Virus record (IMG/VR): IMGVR_UViG_3300021092_002038
Span: 1 to 64,000 of that record
DNA from: a virus
Reading direction: 5' to 3' (one strand)
DNA: 64,000 nt
The position numbers were made by a program, and so were the translations under genes. Below the pieces are notes generated by a model. The model was given only the letters and a program-made list of their open reading frames with translations. It made no database searches and had not been told where the DNA came from. Position 1 is the stretch's first letter, and every line of letters starts with the position of its first letter. This document shows positions 29,465 through 39,345 of this stretch, piece after piece.

Positions 29465-29618
29465 ATGATTTTACTTTATAACTTCCGGATATTGCATCTA
29501 AAATTGCTTTTTCAGCAAATCGATTCATTTTATAACCATTATCATCGCAAAATTCTTTGAGAAGATCTCGTATTGTAGTCGAAACTTGTATAGATGTTTT
29601 ATCGTTATTATCCGTCAT
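29439..29618 (-). CDS. Small ribbon-helix-helix-like DNA-binding protein
   Basis: KTSIQVS strand followed by two helices (IRDLLKEFCDDNG, MNRFAEKAILDAI). The likely start is MTDNND at 29618. Confidence 0.6.
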   Translation of the reverse strand: MTDNNDKTSIQVSTTIRDLLKEFCDDNGYKMNRFAEKAILDAISGSYKVKSYEIDKTTS

Positions 29619-29641
29619 TTGATAATACATAGTATTAAACT

Positions 29642-29677
29642 TTAGAAAAGATTAGAAAAAATTAGAAAAAATTAGAA
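29642..29677. repeat. Four TTAGAA direct repeats with 10-bp period
   Basis: ttagaa starts at 29642, 29652, 29662 and 29672, directly upstream of the RHH-like gene. Confidence 0.85.
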
Positions 29678-30424
29678 TTCATTTAATATATTTTTCCAAT
29701 TAAAAACCAACGGTTTTACAAAAACTATCTTTTTTTTACTTTCAGTAACCTTATATCCACTCTTGCTATATTCGCCTAAATAACTTCCGTATTTTTTCAA
29801 ACACTCTTCTTTATTTTCTCTAGCCAGTCTGCCTCGTTCGCCTTTTTCTTTAGCCCATAAAAGTAAAGGAGACTTTTGAATACTTGATCCTGAGGTCATT
29901 CCTATTTCAATCCAATTGTCAGCTTTATAACAGCTGCCGTTTCTATTGGCATTTCCATTATATTCAACGTCTCTTTCAGGTTGTACGAATGTTTCTATTA
30001 AAATTAGATTATCATTATAACGTTCTTTCCAATCTCTGCGTCCAGAAATTCTTAACTGTTTTAAAGTTGAACTCGCAATGTTTTTTATAGTGGCGTTTTT
30101 TTGAATTATGCAAAATCTACTATTATTTGCTACTTTGTTAAGATGTTTCATTTTTGTTGTATTATTCCACCCAATATAATTATCTCTACACGCTACCGCA
30201 ATTGTAGCACTACTTAAACCAACGGCTCCTACAAAATTTCCACTCTTAGATTCGTATACCAAATATCTTATGTTTCTAGTCGGAGAATCTTTATATTTCA
30301 CATAAGAATGATATTGATTTATAGTGTCTCTAAATAATTTATTTTGCCGTGAATTTTCACAGTTAAATAGTATAATATTATCCTTAACTGATTCTATATT
30401 AAAAAAACTGTGATTGTAAATCAT
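29672..30424 (-). CDS. DUF4338 (DruA-like, Mom-related GNAT-fold) protein, short form
   Basis: YHSY, IRYLV, GAVGLSS, RDNYIGW, NNSRF, DWKERY, LIETFV and GSCYKADNWIEIGMTSG motifs. Confidence 0.85.
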   Translation of the reverse strand: MIYNHSFFNIESVKDNIILFNCENSRQNKLFRDTINQYHSYVKYKDSPTRNIRYLVYESKSGNFVGAVGLSSATIAVACRDNYIGWNNTTKMKHLNKVANNSRFCIIQKNATIKNIASSTLKQLRISGRRDWKERYNDNLILIETFVQPERDVEYNGNANRNGSCYKADNWIEIGMTSGSSIQKSPLLLWAKEKGERGRLARENKEECLKKYGSYLGEYSKSGYKVTESKKKIVFVKPLVFNWKNILNEF

Positions 30425-31071
30425 ACTATTTTAGTTAAAACATCGTCTACTGTTTTTAATAATATTTCATCTTTTAAAGCTAAACTGTATAATTCGTGGG
30501 TTCTATCAGTGGAATCTTCCCATTCAATTTGAATATCACTGCCACGTTTAATAATTGGATCATTTATCATTTCTTGATCATTTGCTGGCTCCATATATAA
30601 CTTTTTTTGTTGTGGTTGTTGAAACCGATTTGTTTTCATTCCTGCAAAGTAATATTTAGACAGATGAACAAGTGTACCTTTTAATTCGTTTTTTATCCAA
30701 TAAACCTCATCCTTATCGTAGATAGAATATCTAATGTCCGTAATTATGTTTATATCCGCATTTGATTTTTCAAGATCTTTTTGCAACATTTCTATCCAAT
30801 ATCTTCCTTCTGTTTGTTTTCTTTTTATGCCGCCATACCATACTAATAAAGGTCTAAATACATTTTTTTCCTCTGTTAATTCAGACCACACGTTCATATT
30901 TAGTTTTTCTTTAACAAACTGTTCACAATCTTTTTTCAAATAATACGCCAGTGCAAAAGATTTGCAGGTTTTGTTATATTTTTCTTTTAAAATATTACTT
31001 GCAATATCTGCAAATAAATTTTTGCCTGTTCTAGCTACTCCGCCAATACCTATAATTTTTTTATTCTTCAT
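30421..31071 (-). CDS. Deoxynucleoside monophosphate kinase (T4 gp1-like)
   Basis: IIGIGGVARTGKN P-loop, plus RPLLVWYG, YWI and ITDIRY motifs. Confidence 0.85.
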   Translation of the reverse strand: MKNKKIIGIGGVARTGKNLFADIASNILKEKYNKTCKSFALAYYLKKDCEQFVKEKLNMNVWSELTEEKNVFRPLLVWYGGIKRKQTEGRYWIEMLQKDLEKSNADINIITDIRYSIYDKDEVYWIKNELKGTLVHLSKYYFAGMKTNRFQQPQQKKLYMEPANDQEMINDPIIKRGSDIQIEWEDSTDRTHELYSLALKDEILLKTVDDVLTKIV

Positions 31072-31546
31072 CTTTATTTATAATTTTATCTATTTGTTTA
31101 TCTTCCATTCCATATCCTCTACAATCCTCGTATAGTCGATTCAGTCCTATTTCAGTCTTGGACATAATCTCACAATATTCGTTAGCTTCAGATTTGCTTA
31201 TCCGATATCTATCACTAATTAACTCTAGAATAGATTTATTAAATTTTTTATTTTTACTTTTTATATAAGGTGTAAATTTAACGGGTTTAATAACTTCACA
31301 ACAAACTTTATAAAAAGATTTACTGTCCATTTTATCAAAAATTTTACTAAGATAACATACTTCGTCAATCACGTTTGGATCCATGCTTAAAAATCTACAA
31401 ATCATATAATGATTAAATGATTTTTTTTCTACGTCTGTTAAACTATCGTAATAACCCGGATTTTTTACGTTCCTTATTTGATTAATATGATCAAACAATC
31501 CTTTTGGTTTAACTTTATTTTCGTTCGTTTGTTTTTTTCTTGCCAT
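31061..31546 (-). CDS. Clamp loader small subunit (T4 gp62-like)
   Basis: LFDHINQI, FNHYMICRFLSM, YIK and YRISKSEANEY motifs. Confidence 0.75.
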   Translation of the reverse strand: MARKKQTNENKVKPKGLFDHINQIRNVKNPGYYDSLTDVEKKSFNHYMICRFLSMDPNVIDEVCYLSKIFDKMDSKSFYKVCCEVIKPVKFTPYIKSKNKKFNKSILELISDRYRISKSEANEYCEIMSKTEIGLNRLYEDCRGYGMEDKQIDKIINKDEE

Positions 31547-31784
31547 AAATTATTTTAATGCATTTATTAATATTATCATTCAATACATTTTGATTTTGTT
31601 TTAAATCATCTATATTTTTTCTAAATGTAATATTGTTTTCGTCTTGTATTATAAAGTTTTTACTTACAAATTGTTTATTTGTCAAAATAAAATACACCGT
31701 TGCTCCTAAAAACAACGGTGTAATATTTTGAAACCAAAAACAAATAAGTGATACGCCAAAACTAATTATAATTGGAATAATCAT
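31515..31784 (-). CDS. Small membrane protein
   Basis: Two N-terminal hydrophobic segments and a short coiled coil. Confidence 0.5.
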   Translation of the reverse strand: MIIPIIISFGVSLICFWFQNITPLFLGATVYFILTNKQFVSKNFIIQDENNITFRKNIDDLKQNQNVLNDNINKCIKIIYGKKKTNERK

Positions 31785-31812
31785 TCATTTATTTACTTGC
31801 TTACGTGCTTGA

Positions 31813-32058
31813 TTAAGCTGCCAATCTAGTAGCCTTGGTCAGAACCTTTCTCAAGGTGTTAATTTGATGTCCATTCAAATCAATTCGGACATCATCAGAT
31901 TTAATTGTTAGACGATTACGACCCTTAGAACCAGCATAAGATTGATTAATATATGTGGCCACATTGCCATAATCGGCACGAACAAACACGCTCTTTTTTC
32001 TATCGTTCTTAATAACTTGCATATTTTTTTCCCCTTTGTTTTTATTTTCAATCTTCAC
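31813..32058 (-). CDS. Hypothetical protein
   Basis: Basic ORF. The true start may be the internal MQVIKN ATG. Confidence 0.55.
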   Translation of the reverse strand: MKIENKNKGEKNMQVIKNDRKKSVFVRADYGNVATYINQSYAGSKGRNRLTIKSDDVRIDLNGHQINTLRKVLTKATRLAA

Positions 32059-32288
32059 ACAATGTAAAGATTAAATATTATGTTTTATAGTTTAGTTCAA
32101 AAATTACATTAGTCAACAGTAAATTTGATATAAAAATTTATTATATTTTTATGTTATAATTAACTCTGCACGTGAATTAATCCACGATGTATTTCTCTAT
32201 TAGTTAAGTTATTCATTATATATAAATTATTTTAATATTTTTATTTTCGGCATTTATTGTTTAATCTTCATAATTTAAAGGTTATATT

Positions 32289-33212
32289 TTAACAATTAAA
32301 AGTTTTTTCAAATTTTTTAATAGCTAGATCTTTTGCTTTAAATTCAAATTCTAAATCTATTTTATCCGCATTATTATATTCTTCTGGAATTTGAGATACA
32401 TAATCTGCGTGTGCTCTAGGGTTTTTCGCATTTTTTTCACAATCGCTGAAGTGAAATAGTGGGATGTAATTTCCCCACGTCGATTTGGCTAAATTATACG
32501 CTTCAATATTTGACAAATTTCCAGTATTATTTTTGAAGTGTAAATTGTCATACGTAATTGGTATATTCGTTTTAACATATATGTGATCATAAAGTTGTTT
32601 TACATTCCAGCTATTAAGTTTGTCTTCGTTTTCCAAAACCAATCTAGATTTTACATTATCGTTTAAAGAATTATATATTGTTATAAATCTATTAGCGGTG
32701 TCTTCTAACGGGCTGCCTTTATAGCAATTCATGTGAATATTAATAGGCGATTCATAACTTTTTGGCAGTTCAAATAAATCCATGATGTCACCGTGATGAT
32801 GTAATTCTAAAATTGATTTTTTTACAGTATTTAAATTCATAGATGCAAGAACCACAAATTGATCAGGATGTGTACTACATCTCAAATTATTTTTACGAAT
32901 TATTTCTGCACATTTTTTAAATTCTTCGTAGATTTGATCTTTATCAGGTAATATATCAATACTTATGTTTGCTTCTGGGAGAGTAATTAGGGGGATGATA
33001 CCACTACTTATTCTGTAATTCCATTTGTTTTTTACACAATGTTCTATTGTTTTCAAAGTGACTCGTAAATTATTTAATGTTCTTTCGCTGACAATTTTCA
33101 ATGCAGTTTTTCGTTCAAGCATCAAAAATCTTTTTTTAGTCATGCACGAAGCTCCTACATCATCCGGTAACATTAATGATATGCAACAAAGACTTTTTCT
33201 TTTATTTTTCAT
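32289..33212 (-). CDS. uvsE: UV DNA damage repair endonuclease
   Basis: YRISS, HPDQFVVL, INIH, RLVLENED, ITYDNLH, HFS, HAD and EFKAKD motifs. Confidence 0.92.
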   Translation of the reverse strand: MKNKRKSLCCISLMLPDDVGASCMTKKRFLMLERKTALKIVSERTLNNLRVTLKTIEHCVKNKWNYRISSGIIPLITLPEANISIDILPDKDQIYEEFKKCAEIIRKNNLRCSTHPDQFVVLASMNLNTVKKSILELHHHGDIMDLFELPKSYESPINIHMNCYKGSPLEDTANRFITIYNSLNDNVKSRLVLENEDKLNSWNVKQLYDHIYVKTNIPITYDNLHFKNNTGNLSNIEAYNLAKSTWGNYIPLFHFSDCEKNAKNPRAHADYVSQIPEEYNNADKIDLEFEFKAKDLAIKKFEKTFNC

Positions 33213-33218
33213 TTTTAT

Positions 33219-33246
33219 ATTATATTATTTTATTTAAAACAGTCAA
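33219..33246 (-). promoter_or_regulatory. Sigma70-like promoter TTGACT-N16-TATAAT, leaderless uvsE
   Basis: Reverse complement of agtcaa 33241-33246 and attata 33219-33224; the ATG is 6 nt downstream. Confidence 0.75.
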
Positions 33247-33267
33247 ATGATTTATTAAATTTTAAAA

Positions 33268-34455
33268 TTACCTTCCTACTTCATGAAAATAATTTTCTTT
33301 TGCTTCATTATACGGCATACCAATCATTGAATTATAATAAAGAATATCAGTCTTCACTTTATTTTCTGATAAAAGTTTTTTGTATCTTTCTATGGCTTTG
33401 GGTTTCCACCATTCCAATATTGCGGTTTTGTCATTTGCGTATAATTCTTTCATCTTTAATTGATTGTCGTCGATTTTATTTTGAAGAAATTCTTTGGTAT
33501 TTTGATAAAATTCTGAATAATATACGCCTCTTTCATAACCATGAACATAATCTGATGTTTTAATACCTAACTCATTAAATATCATAGATATGGACTTTTG
33601 TTTTGCGCCTGTAACAGGACCAGACACTCCTTCTTTTTGAGTCATTGCTTTTTCATATTTTTCTTTTTTATTTTCTTGAATCCAATGATGCCATATTTCG
33701 TAAATTTCGTCATCAGGCTTTATAGGAATTTTTCCTGCACTGCTACCACATTTATGCCACCATTTTAAACTGTTATACATACTATAACTTCCGTATAAGC
33801 TGGTAGTGGTCATTCCGACCAACGTATTTTCGTATAATTTTTTCCAAACATCTCTTACTGTAGAAGTAGTAATTAAACATGCTATGAGCTTTCCTCCTAA
33901 AAAATTGTATCCAAATGGTTGCGTAGACATGATGCAGCTTCCAATGGCACTATTATTTATACGTTTAGATTTTTTTAATTTATCGTCGACTGTCCATTTT
34001 AGATAATTGTCTCTATCACTTATACAAATCACATCGCTAGATACCGATACCGCACCTAAATACCTTTTGTTGGAATCATTGCCGTCGTGAATTAAAAATT
34101 TCAAAAATCTACCTGGAGTTTGACTGAATTCCATAGTGTGACAAAAAACTCGCAACATTATCCAATCTATCTCTTGAAATTCTCCATTTACAAGTTCAAT
34201 TGTAGGATTGATTTTTTCTATTTCTTCCGTCGTTTTTTTAAAATTGTTTATGTCGGTGGGAACCCAAATTTTTGCTTTTATTTGAGCAGATACACTTGCA
34301 TACTTTCTATAACTTTGTACCTCATACCATTTTTTATAGAAAGTTTGTTCTTCAACGCTCATACGTTTAAGAAAATTCATATTTTCTATAAATTTATTTT
34401 TGTTTCCCTGATAGTCGAATTCAATAATATCAAAAAAATCGTTTGCAACGTTCAT
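33268..34455 (-). CDS. DUF4338 (DruA-like) protein, long form
   Basis: PGRFLKFL, YLGAVSVSSD, RDNYLKW, QPFGYNFLGGKL and TTTSLYG motifs. Confidence 0.85.
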   Translation of the reverse strand: MNVANDFFDIIEFDYQGNKNKFIENMNFLKRMSVEEQTFYKKWYEVQSYRKYASVSAQIKAKIWVPTDINNFKKTTEEIEKINPTIELVNGEFQEIDWIMLRVFCHTMEFSQTPGRFLKFLIHDGNDSNKRYLGAVSVSSDVICISDRDNYLKWTVDDKLKKSKRINNSAIGSCIMSTQPFGYNFLGGKLIACLITTSTVRDVWKKLYENTLVGMTTTSLYGSYSMYNSLKWWHKCGSSAGKIPIKPDDEIYEIWHHWIQENKKEKYEKAMTQKEGVSGPVTGAKQKSISMIFNELGIKTSDYVHGYERGVYYSEFYQNTKEFLQNKIDDNQLKMKELYANDKTAILEWWKPKAIERYKKLLSENKVKTDILYYNSMIGMPYNEAKENYFHEVGR

Positions 34456-34469
34456 ATTTATACAATACT

Positions 34470-34697
34470 ATGACATTTAAAAAAGTCAATTCTAATGAAA
34501 AGGAATTCCATTATATAGAATTACAATCAACCATGTATGTATTATTTGACTCACAATTTGATATTCCTATAGCAAGAGGCAGTAAAGTTATTGTTGGAAA
34601 AGAAATTACAAAGTTAAATGAAAATGTGACCGTTCATTACTATAAATTGGATAAAAATAAAATTATGTATAAAATGACACATGGACAAAAAAAATAG
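34470..34697 (+). CDS. Hypothetical protein
   Basis: Start placed at ATG 34470 (MTFKKV), 7 nt after TATTTATA at 34455-34462. Confidence 0.55.
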   Translation: MTFKKVNSNEKEFHYIELQSTMYVLFDSQFDIPIARGSKVIVGKEITKLNENVTVHYYKLDKNKIMYKMTHGQKK

Positions 34698-34723
34698 TTC
34701 TGTATTTTATTACAGAACTATTT
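34692..34723. terminator. Bidirectional terminator between convergent genes
   Basis: 13-bp stem aaatagttctgta-ttttat-tacagaactattt. Confidence 0.75.
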
Positions 34724-34739
34724 ATCGTTTTTATGTCAA

Positions 34740-35102
34740 TTATACGGTTTGCAAATTCTTGTCCGATTTAACTTGCGTGGCCTCAGTCTTGTTTGCATTA
34801 AGATCTACAACCTTGACAGTTGCCGATTCATGAAGAACAACTCCGTCATTCTTAGCTTGTTCAATAGTCTTGGTGGAAACAGGAGCCATAGAATATACAG
34901 AAAGGGGTCGTCCCTTACCGAAATTCTTGGTGCCCAATTCAATAACGGTACCTTCATTCTGAGCCTTTGCGAGTCGAACTCTAAGAGTAATTTCCTTATC
35001 GAAATGACTGTTCTGCTCGAGAAGTTGCTTGAACGTAAAAATTACATTTTTTGGCCAAGTAACAGTCTGCTTTGTTTTGTTTTTTCTATTTGTTTTATTC
35101 AT
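34740..35102 (-). CDS. Winged-helix DNA-binding protein
   Basis: FTFKQL, ITLRVRLAKA...G and GKGRPLSVYS wing motif. Confidence 0.6.
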   Translation of the reverse strand: MNKTNRKNKTKQTVTWPKNVIFTFKQLLEQNSHFDKEITLRVRLAKAQNEGTVIELGTKNFGKGRPLSVYSMAPVSTKTIEQAKNDGVVLHESATVKVVDLNANKTEATQVKSDKNLQTV

Positions 35103-35174
35103 ATTTTATATTTATCCCTTTCACTTTCTATATTATAACAGTGTGTTTTTAAGTCAACTACTTTTTTAATATTT

Positions 35175-37289
35175 TTAATTTTCTTTTTTTAAAAACATAA
35201 TATTCAACGTTTTAGCGATTTCTAATAAATTTTTTACATTTATAAATGATGCGTTTTTACCATACATCATTCTAAATTGTTCCGTAATTTCGTTGGTATC
35301 CACATCAGAGATACCTATATTTCCATTATTTAATGTGTTAATATGTATAAAATAAGATAGAACTTCGTATCCTGATCGAATTACTTTTTTAATTTGATTT
35401 CTAGTGTGTTCTGCCGCTTTACGCCCTTGATACATATGAGTTAAATTATTAATTTCAACGGACAAATATGGAAGTCCGTCAGATAAATTTATAAAATAAT
35501 AATCTTCGTCTGAATTTTTTGCGGGTAAGTTTTTTACTATTGGTTCAAAACATAACCCTTCAGGAGTTGTATTAGCCGGATAAATGTGACTAAAATCATT
35601 TTTTATTTTATTAAAAGAGTCTTTAGTTGAGTCGTATGCAATTACAACGTATGGCGTATATGTATTGGTACTAACTTTTACAGAGGTTCTAAAACTTACT
35701 ACTACATTTACGTTATTAATCATTGAACATGCCTTACAAATAGCCACTACGGTTGTAAGTGTATTTCTCCACTTTTCTCCGCCCATCGAACTGCTAGCGT
35801 CTACACTAATATGAATGTTAGCGTTTTTATATTTATCCATTTGATTTGTAAAAAATACGGTTGGAGAATCAAAGGCAAGATCCGATAAAGTTCGTCTATC
35901 AATTTTTCCCGAAGACTTTCTCATGAATTTTGTTGTGTTTACAGAATTTCTAATTTGAAGTCGTTTCCCCAAAAGCTGTCCTAGACTGATTCCATTTCTA
36001 ATACAGTTTTCATTTTCTCGATGAGTTAATACGTTATTACCATCGTTCAATGGAAATTTTTCATCCATCAATAATTCTCGTGTGAGATTTTTAACAAAAA
36101 CGCAATCAACGTTTGTTCCGAAAAAATCTTCTCCCACTTTTATTAAGGTCATTCCGCTATTTTCTATATTAGATATGGTGTTATTATCTAATTTATTCAA
36201 ACTCTTTTTAAGGAACTGATGATCCATAAATTTTTTTTGATTTTTAAAACTGTTTTTTACTTTTTCTATCAGAGTTTTTGTCAGTTTTTTAACGTTGCCG
36301 TTTTGTTTTTTCTCAGATTTAGATTCATCAGTTTTATTATCTTGGTCTGTATCATCGTTTGTATCGTCGTTTTTTACATTTTCTTCCTTGTTGTCTGAAT
36401 CTGCGAGTTCTACATCTTTATTACTATTATCTGAATTTTTATCTTTTAAATTTGTGGATGGTTCGTCGTTATCCGCCTGTTCAGATTTATTTAAATGATT
36501 GTCACATTTAGATGTTGTTTTTGATCCTATTTCCGATTTTGTTTCTGTAGTATTAACATCTGATATATTTTTCAATATCAATTTAACACATTCGACGGCA
36601 GTTAAAAATCTATCGCTCGGAGTTTTCAAACGACTAATGTTTTTGTAATCTATCATTTTATAAATTTTTTCAAGATCTGGTAATGCTGCCAAATCGGTAT
36701 TTTCGTTTGTAAAATTAAAAATTCTGAACGTATATGATTCCACGTCTAAACTTCTGTACAATTCGCTTTTTAACGCAACATTATTTATTTTACTGTTAAA
36801 ATATTTGTTATATAATTCTATGTAGTATCCTTGATAGCCTACGGATGTAGTATATACATACCAATCAATATATCTGTCTTCGACATAATTTATCATATCT
36901 TTGGTTAATTCCCACACCGATTCTTTGCTCATGTTAATTTTTTCGGATAATTCGTATATTTCTCTAGGAATTCTTTGCCATAAGGTCTTTAAAATGTTCA
37001 TATCCGACAAAACTATATGAGCGGATTCGTGTAACGCCAATCCAACAGTCACGTCGAAATCTTTTTTGCAACTTATCTTTGATGTAATGTAAATTGTTTC
37101 ACCATCGGTTGAACTGTTTCCCGATGTCTTAAATTTTACAGGTACATTTTTATTGGTTAATATTTTTACGAAATTTGAAATAGCCAGTCTATATGCGGCT
37201 AATTGTATCAAATTTAAATCTAATTTAGAATAATTTTCTTCTTCAACCGATTCCTCATTCAACCAAAAATCTGAATAAGTATCATTCAT
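35175..37289 (-). CDS. VWA-domain protein with N-terminal HExxH metallopeptidase-like domain (MoxR partner)
   Basis: STDG...LHESAH...NYVED, an acidic linker, SGKID, and MIDAS motifs VDASSSM, TPEG and LSDG. Confidence 0.85.
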   Translation of the reverse strand: MNDTYSDFWLNEESVEEENYSKLDLNLIQLAAYRLAISNFVKILTNKNVPVKFKTSGNSSTDGETIYITSKISCKKDFDVTVGLALHESAHIVLSDMNILKTLWQRIPREIYELSEKINMSKESVWELTKDMINYVEDRYIDWYVYTTSVGYQGYYIELYNKYFNSKINNVALKSELYRSLDVESYTFRIFNFTNENTDLAALPDLEKIYKMIDYKNISRLKTPSDRFLTAVECVKLILKNISDVNTTETKSEIGSKTTSKCDNHLNKSEQADNDEPSTNLKDKNSDNSNKDVELADSDNKEENVKNDDTNDDTDQDNKTDESKSEKKQNGNVKKLTKTLIEKVKNSFKNQKKFMDHQFLKKSLNKLDNNTISNIENSGMTLIKVGEDFFGTNVDCVFVKNLTRELLMDEKFPLNDGNNVLTHRENENCIRNGISLGQLLGKRLQIRNSVNTTKFMRKSSGKIDRRTLSDLAFDSPTVFFTNQMDKYKNANIHISVDASSSMGGEKWRNTLTTVVAICKACSMINNVNVVVSFRTSVKVSTNTYTPYVVIAYDSTKDSFNKIKNDFSHIYPANTTPEGLCFEPIVKNLPAKNSDEDYYFINLSDGLPYLSVEINNLTHMYQGRKAAEHTRNQIKKVIRSGYEVLSYFIHINTLNNGNIGISDVDTNEITEQFRMMYGKNASFINVKNLLEIAKTLNIMFLKKEN

Positions 37290-37322
37290 AATATTATATT
37301 TATATTTGCTTACGACAACTAA

Positions 37323-38294
37323 CTAAAATGGTACATTTACGTTATTTGATGGAATTGTAGATGGAACCGACGCCGTTTTTTTACCGCTAAAGGGATTTTC
37401 TGCCGTTATTCTAGGGTCTTTTATATATTTTTGTACCAATTGTTTGACATATGTTCTTTCGCTATTAACTCCACCATCGTTATCAAAATTAGGATAAATT
37501 GCGCTTTCGGCAATTTCTTCTAAATTAAATCCGTCCACTAATAATTCTGTCATTTCTACAGACGCTCTAGTTGATAGAAAGTTAGTAAGTTTAGAATCTT
37601 CTTTTTTAATATTTATACGTGTATGAGCACAAATCTCCAAAATGTTTTCTAGTATAGATATTTTAGATGTGTCACTTATATTAAATCGTTCAGTTAATAA
37701 TTTTAATTCTTCTTCAATTTTCAATGGATTCATTTCAATTTTAACCGAAAATCTATTAAGTAATGCTCTATCCATTACCCTAGTAGATGTGTATTCATTA
37801 CCTATATTAGCCGTGGCAATAAAACTTACATTTTTAGCTACCTTGACCGTTTCTACATTGGATTTTTCGTCTAACCTCAGATATCTTTGAAGATCATCTA
37901 ATACCGTCATTAAAATGTTCCATGCATCAGGATGAGCTCTGCTTATTTCATCTAATAAGATGATTGCGCCTTCAGTTCTAATTGCAGATACAAATGCGCT
38001 TTCATTAAAAACTGTTCCTGTGTTTTTGTCGAATTGGGTATTTCCTATCAAACTACATCTCGCATCTTGTGTGCTTCCCAAATTAAAATAAAAAAATTTA
38101 TCGATTTTCTTTAAGGCTTTTGCAGCGCTAATAGCGGCCAATGATTTTCCACATCCTGTGGGTCCTACGATTAAGATATTTTTTCCACGTAAAACATTTC
38201 TTATCAAATATTTCCATTTCAAATCATCAATAATGAGTTCGGATGGTTTTATGTCTTTACACGAATTTATTATTTTTTTAATGTCGTTATTCAC
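37323..38294 (-). CDS. MoxR/CbbQ-family AAA+ ATPase
   Basis: GPTGCGKS, LLDEISR, ATAN, MDRALLNRF and STR motifs. Confidence 0.92.
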   Translation of the reverse strand: MNNDIKKIINSCKDIKPSELIIDDLKWKYLIRNVLRGKNILIVGPTGCGKSLAAISAAKALKKIDKFFYFNLGSTQDARCSLIGNTQFDKNTGTVFNESAFVSAIRTEGAIILLDEISRAHPDAWNILMTVLDDLQRYLRLDEKSNVETVKVAKNVSFIATANIGNEYTSTRVMDRALLNRFSVKIEMNPLKIEEELKLLTERFNISDTSKISILENILEICAHTRINIKKEDSKLTNFLSTRASVEMTELLVDGFNLEEIAESAIYPNFDNDGGVNSERTYVKQLVQKYIKDPRITAENPFSGKKTASVPSTIPSNNVNVPF

Positions 38295-38300
38295 GATAAC

Positions 38301-38329
38301 ACTGTATCACCGACGGGTATCAGTGTCAA
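38301..38329 (-). promoter_or_regulatory. Sigma70-like promoter TTGACA-N17-TACAGT, leaderless AAA gene
   Basis: Reverse complement of tgtcaa 38324-38329 and actgta 38301-38306; the GTG is 6 nt downstream. Confidence 0.7.
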
Positions 38330-38346
38330 TTTTTAAAAATTATAAT

Positions 38347-39333
38347 TTACTTACTTTTAATTTTATGTGCGGGTAGATTTAATTCTTTGCCTTTTCCACC
38401 TTTTAAAACGTGTTTCTTTTCGACTTTACTCTGTTTAGGATATGTGTATTTAACTTTCTCGCCTTCACTTGGGTGTTCCGATTGTTTATTTACCTTGTTT
38501 ACTTCTTTCATAGGTTGATTAGGTAAATCTTCTTCATTTACTACTTGATTTTCTTTATAGTCTTTTTGTTCGTTTTTCTTATCATTCAAAGATTTAATAG
38601 GATTTTGTTTGGTTTCAGGAAGTTCCGATCCTTTTACCTGATCATTTGTTTGTTCTGCGGATTTATTATAAGCTTTTTGAACGTAGTTGCCTTTTTCGTT
38701 TAATTTTTCTTTTACGAACTTTTTTAATTCATCTAAACTGTCATTCATATGTCTGGTTCTGTCGGTCCCATCTTTCGTATGAATTATATCATATGAATCC
38801 ATATAATTTGGTCGAATGTGAAAATAATGCGGGAAACATCCAGAAATTTCGTATCCGCCGAGTTTACTTGGTTTCACACAATAATCTTTGCTATATTCTT
38901 TAACTACCTTATCTAAAGCGACCATGGATTCCTCAATGGATTTCTGAGTTTCCAATTTAATTTCTTCAATTGATTCTTTAATCAATGATGTTAGAATTTT
39001 TCTTTTAGACTCTTCTAATTTAGAAAGTTCCTTTTCCGCATCCAATTCGTGTTTTTTTACATATCCATCGGATCCCAGATACACATAACCTTTATCTTTA
39101 GCGACTTGATCAGCAAATGTCAAAATTTCTTCTTGAACGGATTCCGCTTGAGCGACATCTTTGATATGAGAATAAATTATATTAGATATATCATCATGAT
39201 CCAAATATGTTTCGTTTTCATTAAATAGTTTTTCGACCTCGGATTTTATAGTATCTACCATAGATTCAAGATGTGCTGGATTCATCTCGTTCAAAACTTC
39301 TTGTATCAACGACTTTAACTCAGAAATATTCAT
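38347..39333 (-). CDS. Hypothetical protein, probable internal head protein
   Basis: N-terminal MNISELKSLIQEVLNE, E/K-rich body, and TATTTATA at 39338-39345. Confidence 0.55.
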   Translation of the reverse strand: MNISELKSLIQEVLNEMNPAHLESMVDTIKSEVEKLFNENETYLDHDDISNIIYSHIKDVAQAESVQEEILTFADQVAKDKGYVYLGSDGYVKKHELDAEKELSKLEESKRKILTSLIKESIEEIKLETQKSIEESMVALDKVVKEYSKDYCVKPSKLGGYEISGCFPHYFHIRPNYMDSYDIIHTKDGTDRTRHMNDSLDELKKFVKEKLNEKGNYVQKAYNKSAEQTNDQVKGSELPETKQNPIKSLNDKKNEQKDYKENQVVNEEDLPNQPMKEVNKVNKQSEHPSEGEKVKYTYPKQSKVEKKHVLKGGKGKELNLPAHKIKSK

Positions 39334-39345
39334 ATATTATAAATA

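Noticed and set aside
32059-32288. 230-nt AT-rich gap
   Set aside because: It contains only very short ORFs and promoter-like hexamers, with no supportable structure.
29672-34455. Druantia defence system
   Set aside because: Only DUF4338 proteins are present. There is no DruE-type large helicase or other dru gene, and the context is a phage genome.
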